Translations under genes and position numbers: made by a program | From: Bacteroidota bacterium | GTDB lineage: Bacteria > Bacteroidota > Ignavibacteria > Kryptoniales > JAKASW01 | Direction: 5' to 3' | Length of the DNA: 64,000 nucleotides | NCBI GenBank assembly: GCA_021794075.1 | Contig: JAJYRM010000002.1 | Location: 18,955-82,954, forward strand | The notes under the pieces: model-generated | Told to the model about the DNA's origin: nothing | Databases searched by the model: none | Seen by the model: only the letters and a program-made list of their open reading frames with translations | In this document: positions 58,879 to 64,000 of the stretch, piece by piece | Layout: every line of letters starts with the position of its first letter | How positions within the stretch are numbered: position 1 is the stretch's first letter

Positions 58879-59157
58879 TCACGACTTCTTCGCGGGGACC
58901 GATTCAATGCCGTCTTCGCTGACGACAAGCATTTCATCGACGCCCATTTTCTCGCCACCATCTGCCATCGTTACGCCAAGTCCATCGATCACGAAGGCGT
59001 GATCGTCGATTTCTCGCGAAGCGGTTTCCCTGGCTCTGACATGCTCTCGTATTTCTTTGAAGGCAGCATAACCTATGACTATGAGGCAAATGAGCGTCGC
59101 AATGCCGAGTATCAGATTCGTTACATTTAACCAGAAGACTTCATCGTACGTGAACAC
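58879..59157 (-). CDS. Small single-TM protein with acidic C-terminal tail, first gene of the operon
   Basis: 92 aa. The GTG start is preceded by AAGGAGG at optimal spacing. One TM helix (LILGIATLICLIVIGYAAF). Confidence 0.5.
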   Translation of the reverse strand: MFTYDEVFWLNVTNLILGIATLICLIVIGYAAFKEIREHVRARETASREIDDHAFVIDGLGVTMADGGEKMGVDEMLVVSEDGIESVPAKKS

Positions 59158-59262
59158 TTCAGACCTCCTTTTGACCTAAAAAGATTCAGGCCTAAGACTC
59201 TAATGGGCATTCATCGCTGGGCTTTCCAACAACCCTGAATTCTTTTGGCCTTTCAATTCAAA

Positions 59263-59281
59263 CAGCACAAGGAACGTGCCG
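59263..59281 (-). promoter_or_regulatory. Candidate sigma-54 (-24/-12) promoter for the minus-strand redox operon
   Basis: The minus strand reads CGGCACGTTCCTTGTGCTG, that is GGCACG-N4-TTGT against the consensus TGGCACG-N4-TTGCW. It lies about 110 nt upstream of the first ORF. The -12 GC is imperfect. Confidence 0.3.
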
Positions 59282-59582
59282 TTAGGTTTACAGGAACGAG
59301 TCCTCCTGACTAACGCGTTGAGAATTAGGAAGATAGAAAGTCGCGCGGCATGATTTGAACTTGCTCGACCATCCGATTCCTGAGGGAGATCCCTACATCC
59401 AGGTAGGGTTATGCAACACAGCGTGGCGAGATGAACTTTCGGTGTGGATATGAAAGGATGGTTTTTTCTATGTTTCCTGCTACGATCCCGACAAGCGGCC
59501 ATTTCATTGATTGGAAATTCAAGCGGCAATATATTTGACTACAGTCACCCGATGGAATGTTCAGAGAGGAGAACGGTAGGCA

Positions 59583-60683
59583 ATGGAAGACACTTTAATA
59601 AATTTGCACCAGCGCCTCGGCGCGCAAATGGCACAGGTAGACGGTATTTCTGTACCGGCCAGGTACACTTCAATGGAGGATGAGTACGCTAGCATCCGGA
59701 AATACGCGGGGGTTTTCGACCTCTCCCATTTTGGGAAGCTGCGCCTAACAGGCAAAGAGGCGCTCGACCTGTTGAATAGGATTTCCACAAACGACCTAAA
59801 TGGTCTTTGCCCGGGAATGGGCAAGCAGTCGTTTTTCGCGACAGAGAAAGGAAGAGTAGTTGATCTATGCACGATATACGCGCAGCAAGGAAGCCTCCTT
59901 GTTTTGACGAGCCCGAATAACGCAGACACCGTCAAGAAATGGATCGAGAAGTTCATCATATCGGAAGATGTTAAGGTGGAAGACGTGACGAGGAATTTCC
60001 CGATGTTCTTTGTCGCGGGCTCATCTGCGGCTGACTTCATGAAGGAGTTCGCTCACTCGAGTTACAAAGCTTTCATCGATGTCGGAAAGATGCCGCGGTT
60101 CAATTTTATAAGGACCTTTCTCGGGTCGCACGAGGTATTCCTGTCCAGGACAAACTTCGTGTTGACGAACGGTTACCTTCTTCTTGTGAATCCCGCGGAT
60201 ACCGAGGAGATTTGGACTTCTCTCTTCGCGAATGCCAGGAATTACGGAGCTGTTCCAGCCGGCCTGGAGACCTTTGAGGCGTTGAGAATAGAGAATGGAC
60301 TTCCACTTTTTCCGAACGAGCTTAACGAAGATGTCAACCCGCTCGAGGTTAATATCATCGAAGCGATAAGCGGCAACAAAGGTTGTTACGTCGGACAGGA
60401 AATTATCGCGCGGCTTCAGACATACGACAAGGTGAGGAAACGCCTGGTCGGTCTGGTGTCGGACTCGAAAATGCCGCGCGGGGCTAAAATCTACGACGCG
60501 AAAGCCGGTTCTGATATCGAGATCGGACACGTCACGAGCTCGGTGAAATCGCCGGGCTTGAACAAGGAGATCGCGCTCGCTTACGTGTCGATGCAGCAGG
60601 TGATTCCGGGATCGAAATACGCAGTGAAGGTAGGTGGAAAGACATCAGAGGCTGTGTTCTCAACGTTGCCATTTAACGTTTGA
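59583..60683 (+). CDS. YgfZ/GcvT-family folate-binding protein
   Basis: 366 aa. The N-terminal half is GcvT-like (AGVFDLSHFGKLRLTG). The KGCYVGQE motif is characteristic of the YgfZ/CAF17 branch. Confidence 0.8.
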   Translation: MEDTLINLHQRLGAQMAQVDGISVPARYTSMEDEYASIRKYAGVFDLSHFGKLRLTGKEALDLLNRISTNDLNGLCPGMGKQSFFATEKGRVVDLCTIYAQQGSLLVLTSPNNADTVKKWIEKFIISEDVKVEDVTRNFPMFFVAGSSAADFMKEFAHSSYKAFIDVGKMPRFNFIRTFLGSHEVFLSRTNFVLTNGYLLLVNPADTEEIWTSLFANARNYGAVPAGLETFEALRIENGLPLFPNELNEDVNPLEVNIIEAISGNKGCYVGQEIIARLQTYDKVRKRLVGLVSDSKMPRGAKIYDAKAGSDIEIGHVTSSVKSPGLNKEIALAYVSMQQVIPGSKYAVKVGGKTSEAVFSTLPFNV

Positions 60684-60738
60684 AAGCGCGGTCCCGAAAG
60701 AAAACCTGACTAACTGAAAGGAAGCTAATTCTTCGGTT

Positions 60739-61242
60739 ATGGAGCAGATAAAGATATCGTCGGCGGTGGATAAGGCCGAGATTTACGAAGAGCTTCTCCC
60801 GCAGCTGGAGTCGCTCGTCTGCGGTGAAGAAGATTTCATCGCGAACGTTTCGAATTTATCCGCCGCTTTGAAGCAAGCGCTTCCTTACGTATCATGGGTG
60901 GGATTTTATTTCATGAAAGAGGGTGAGCTCGTAGTAGGGCCGTTCCAGGGAAAAGTCGCTTGCACTCGCATAAGTCTCGGGAGAGGCGTGTGCGGGGCGG
61001 CTGCCGCGGGTAACAGGACCGTCATTGTGCCGAACGTCGCCGAATTTCCCGGGCATATTTACTGCGACCCTGATTCAAAGAGCGAGATCGTAGTCCCCCT
61101 CAGCAAGGATGGTGAGGTCTTCGGCGTCCTCGACATTGACAGTGCCGAGTATGGCTCTTTTGATCCCGTGGACGGAAGGAATCTTGAGCGGGTCGCGAGA
61201 CTCGTCGAGAGTTTGTTTAATCTTTCGAACAAGAAATTTTGA
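60739..61242 (+). CDS. GAF-domain protein (free methionine-R-sulfoxide reductase/YebR-like)
   Basis: 167 aa. WVGFY...GPFQGKVACTRI..GRGVCG...V.DV..FPGHIYCD..S.SEIVVPL is typical of the fRMsr family. Confidence 0.8.
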   Translation: MEQIKISSAVDKAEIYEELLPQLESLVCGEEDFIANVSNLSAALKQALPYVSWVGFYFMKEGELVVGPFQGKVACTRISLGRGVCGAAAAGNRTVIVPNVAEFPGHIYCDPDSKSEIVVPLSKDGEVFGVLDIDSAEYGSFDPVDGRNLERVARLVESLFNLSNKKF

Positions 61243-61997
61243 ATGTAATGTCTTCAAAGAATGCGAAGAGGGAAGATAGGAAAGTCGCTCTAGTGACGGG
61301 GGGCGGTAGGAGACTCGGGCGCCAGTCGGCGCTTGCTCTCGCCAGAGACGGATGGAACATCGTCGTGAATCACGCGCACTCTCCAAAAGAAGCATCCGAA
61401 ACGGCGAGAGAAATTAAGTCTTTCGGTGTCGAGGCCTTGAGCATAAAGGCCGACATCACGAGTTCGAAAGAAGTTGACGCAATGTTCAACCAGACCTTCG
61501 GGCATTTCGGCAGGCTCGATCTGCTGGTCAATAACGCCGCTATATTTCCTCCTGCAAAAAAATTCACCGAGATTACCGATGAACTTTGGGAACATGTGAT
61601 AGCGACTAATCTCACGGGGCAGTTCTATTGCGCTCGCGCGGCGGCGAGACTCATGGAAGAGCACGGCGGAAAGATAATAAACTTCGCGTCGCTTGGCGGC
61701 TTTCAGGCATGGTCGGAGCATATCTCCTATAACGTCGCGAAGGCCGGTATAGTCATGTTAACCAGGACGCTCTCTAAGGCGCTCGCGCCGAAGATCACGG
61801 TAAACGCGATTGCCCCGGGTACGATTATAATTCCGGGCGAAGAGTCGAGCGACATAAAGCATATAGACGAAAAGAAAATTCCTCTTCAGAAATACGGTGA
61901 AGCTGGTGATATAGTCTCGGCACTTCTATATCTTGCACATGCCGACTACGTGACCGGAGAAGTTATTCATGTCGACGGCGGTAGGGCGGTTTTGTAA
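61239..61997 (+). CDS. Short-chain dehydrogenase/reductase (classical SDR)
   Basis: 252 aa with ALVTGGGRRLG, NNAA, catalytic YNVAK, and the PG motif IAPGTI. Confidence 0.85.
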   Translation: MNVMSSKNAKREDRKVALVTGGGRRLGRQSALALARDGWNIVVNHAHSPKEASETAREIKSFGVEALSIKADITSSKEVDAMFNQTFGHFGRLDLLVNNAAIFPPAKKFTEITDELWEHVIATNLTGQFYCARAAARLMEEHGGKIINFASLGGFQAWSEHISYNVAKAGIVMLTRTLSKALAPKITVNAIAPGTIIIPGEESSDIKHIDEKKIPLQKYGEAGDIVSALLYLAHADYVTGEVIHVDGGRAVL

Positions 61998-62038
61998 CTG
62001 AGACAAGGAACATTTGCAAGCTCGTAAATCGGAGGTAA

Positions 62039-62911
62039 ATGCCGGCGAAAAAGGTTACTGCTAAGCGAATCCACATCCCCGAAAAGGCCTACAAGAATAT
62101 CGAATTTCTTAATAGCCCGAACGCGCGGGTAATAAGGATCCTTTCTGAATATCTCGAACCTCAAGCCAGGTTCCGAAAGCTTGGGATCAAGGATACCGTC
62201 GTGTTCTTCGGGTCAGCTCGGATACTTCCGATGAAAGAAGCCCGCGAGAGACTCTCCAACGCGCGCAAGAAAATTAAGCTGGCTGAAAAGAAAAGGTCGG
62301 CGACAAAAGATGTTAATCGGCTTCTGGCCGAGTTGAAAACTGCCGAATCGGGCGTCACGATGTCGAGATATTATGAGGACGCGGCGACGCTCAGCGAAAT
62401 GTTGACCACATGGTCGAGAAAGAACAGCATTAAAGGAGAGCGGCGCTTTATCGTATGCTCGGGCGGCGGCCCGGGCATAATGCAGGCCGCGAACAAAGGG
62501 GCGATCCGCGCCGGTGGACTTTCAATCGGGCTGAACATCAGCCTCCCGACAGAGCAGTACCCGAATCCTTTTATCTCTCCGGAATTGGATTTCGAGTTCC
62601 ATTATTTCTTCATGCGAAAATTCTGGTTCGTTTACCTCGCGAAAGCCCTGGTCGTTTTTCCAGGCGGCTTCGGAACGCTTGATGAGCTGATGGAAGTACT
62701 TACTCTCCTCCAAACGGGGAAAATTAGGAAGAAGATGAGCGTGCTGATATATGGCACCTCGTACTGGAAGAAGGTCATAGACTTCGACGCTCTGGTTGAA
62801 GCGGGCGCCATCGACCGTTCGGATCTTGACATGATCTCCTTTGCCGACGATCCGGTAACAGCGTTCAAGTTCCTTACGAGAGGGATCAGGAAGAACTATG
62901 GTTCAAAATGA
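62039..62911 (+). CDS. LOG-family (TIGR00730) nucleotide 5'-monophosphate nucleosidase-like protein
   Basis: 290 aa with GGGPGIMQAANKGA and the PGGFGTLDELMEVLT (PGGxGTxxE) motif. Confidence 0.8.
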   Translation: MPAKKVTAKRIHIPEKAYKNIEFLNSPNARVIRILSEYLEPQARFRKLGIKDTVVFFGSARILPMKEARERLSNARKKIKLAEKKRSATKDVNRLLAELKTAESGVTMSRYYEDAATLSEMLTTWSRKNSIKGERRFIVCSGGGPGIMQAANKGAIRAGGLSIGLNISLPTEQYPNPFISPELDFEFHYFFMRKFWFVYLAKALVVFPGGFGTLDELMEVLTLLQTGKIRKKMSVLIYGTSYWKKVIDFDALVEAGAIDRSDLDMISFADDPVTAFKFLTRGIRKNYGSK

Positions 62912-63785
62912 TACGGGAATGCATATGAAACAGGAGCCGGATTCCAAGTTCAAGGCGTTGATGAAACTCATCGATGATGACGACCCGCAGGTCTTTGCGG
63001 CAGTCGAGAGAGAACTTCTTGACGGCGGTGAAGATGTCGCGAAGATGCTCGAGCTCGAGATAGATAACGCAGACACTAACGTGCGGAAGAGGATCGAAAA
63101 CCTTGTCTCCAGGATTCATCTCGAAAAACTCCAGCGGGAATACGATCACCTCCTCGATTTTGTCTCGCATCCCGATTTTTCTCTGGAGCGCGCTCTCTAT
63201 CTCCTCGCCAAGCCCCTATATCCAAATGTGGAATTTGCAGAAATCGAGTCGGAGTTAAATGATCTCGCCAACGATCTCCGCAAGAGAATAGCCGCCGTCG
63301 AAGATCCCTATGATATAGTTCAGCGCGTGAATGATTTCTTTCTCAATGAAATGGGCTTCGCGGGGAATTCGAAGGATTACTACGATCCGGACAACAGCAT
63401 TCTCCATCGGGTTTTGCAAACGAGACGCGGCATACCTATATCGCTCGGCATAGTTTATCTCCTCGTGGGAAGACGGCTCAATATACCTGTCTACGGTGTC
63501 GGAGCGCCCGCGCATTTCCTGGTGAAGTTCGTCCTTGAAGGAAAGGAATTTTACGTCGACGTTTTTAATGGCGGCAGGATCATGTCGCGCAAGGACGCCG
63601 AGGAGTCCATCAGCGACATGGGCTTCTCATTCGAACCGCGGTTCCTGAAGACCTCCTCAGATCTGGAGATACTCGCGAGGAGCTGCCGCAATATGGCGCG
63701 CGCATTTTCTGCTATCGACGAACAGCCGAAGGCGAACGTTCTGATGGAATTGTCGATCGAGCTGGAAAGGTTGGTTTCTTTTTGA
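62898..63785 (+). CDS. Transglutaminase-like/TPR SirB1-family protein
   Basis: [51 protein letters not shown] matches the SirB1 N-terminal (UPF0162) pattern. Alternative starts lie at 62919 and 62925. Confidence 0.7.
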   Translation: MVQNDTGMHMKQEPDSKFKALMKLIDDDDPQVFAAVERELLDGGEDVAKMLELEIDNADTNVRKRIENLVSRIHLEKLQREYDHLLDFVSHPDFSLERALYLLAKPLYPNVEFAEIESELNDLANDLRKRIAAVEDPYDIVQRVNDFFLNEMGFAGNSKDYYDPDNSILHRVLQTRRGIPISLGIVYLLVGRRLNIPVYGVGAPAHFLVKFVLEGKEFYVDVFNGGRIMSRKDAEESISDMGFSFEPRFLKTSSDLEILARSCRNMARAFSAIDEQPKANVLMELSIELERLVSF

Positions 63786-64000
63786 AAATATACACGAAGA
63801 CCGGCGACAGGGGAGAGACAAGCCTCTTCGGCGGAGAACGTGTGTCGAAGGATGAGCTGAGGATAGAAGCTTACGGAACCGTTGATGAACTCAATTCAGT
63901 CATGGGCGTCGCCCGCTCATTCAATGAAAGTGAAGAGATAGATAGCATTCTGGGTGAAATCCAGGAACGCCTTTTCGTTCTGGGCGCCGACCTGGCGACG
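63782..64000 (+). CDS. ATP:cob(I)alamin adenosyltransferase, PduO type (5' part; continues beyond the window)
   Basis: The TTG-initiated frame reads [36 protein letters not shown], the canonical PduO/MMAB N terminus. The frame is open to the window end. Confidence 0.85.
   Translation, partial: MKIYTKTGDRGETSLFGGERVSKDELRIEAYGTVDELNSVMGVARSFNESEEIDSILGEIQERLFVLGADLAT

Noticed and set aside
58836-58961. N-terminal extension of the Cys-rich GcvH-fold ORF (track start at 58961)
   Set aside because: The extension overlaps the 3' end of the small TM-protein gene. The internal ATG at 58835 has an AGGAGAG RBS and begins exactly at the first conserved CPFL module.

Overview
Gene-dense chromosomal window with about 60 supportable CDS and one tRNA. 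I saw no rRNA, CRISPR array, transposase or integrase. The gene content (BamA/Omp85, LpxL-type acyltransferase, GT9 heptosyltransferase, DUF1573, DUF3098, PSP1, sigma-54 activator) points to a diderm bacterium, possibly from the FCB superphylum (Ignavibacteria/Bacteroidota-like); that placement is inference only. From 0.4 to 31.7 kb the genes are mostly housekeeping: tRNA-Leu, tig-clpP-clpX, M23 peptidase, bamA-like, holB, PSP1, metG, a lexA-dinB SOS unit, rodZ-like, ligA, an SSF symporter, LPS genes, tsaC, maf and spoIID-like. From 32.1 to 42.9 kb there is one co-directional heme array: hemX/ccsA-like, hemA, C, D, E, H, Y, B, an SDR gene, then hemL. From 43.5 to 47.6 kb sits a LarA-family gene with gnd and a PfkB sugar kinase. 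The most interesting region is 48.1-59.6 kb. It starts with a three-gene unit: a sensor kinase whose periplasmic domain carries c-type heme motifs, an archaemetzincin-like protease, and a sigma-54 activator. This unit lies tail-to-tail with a seven-gene minus-strand operon. The operon encodes a small TM protein, a Cys-rich GcvH-fold protein, a pentaheme cytochrome c, a Tat-exported molybdopterin-family subunit, a 4-cluster ferredoxin, an NrfD-like membrane subunit, and a membrane-anchored paralogue of the Cys-rich GcvH-fold protein. I interpret it as an uncharacterised Qrc/ACIII/Psr-like quinone-linked redox module with novel accessory proteins. Other items worth checking are a terminator-capped structured RNA candidate at 5.5-5.8 kb, a non-canonical candidate LexA operator, and a lone methyltransferase-like gene with a degenerate catalytic motif. 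All functional calls come from reading motifs by eye; no database search was run.
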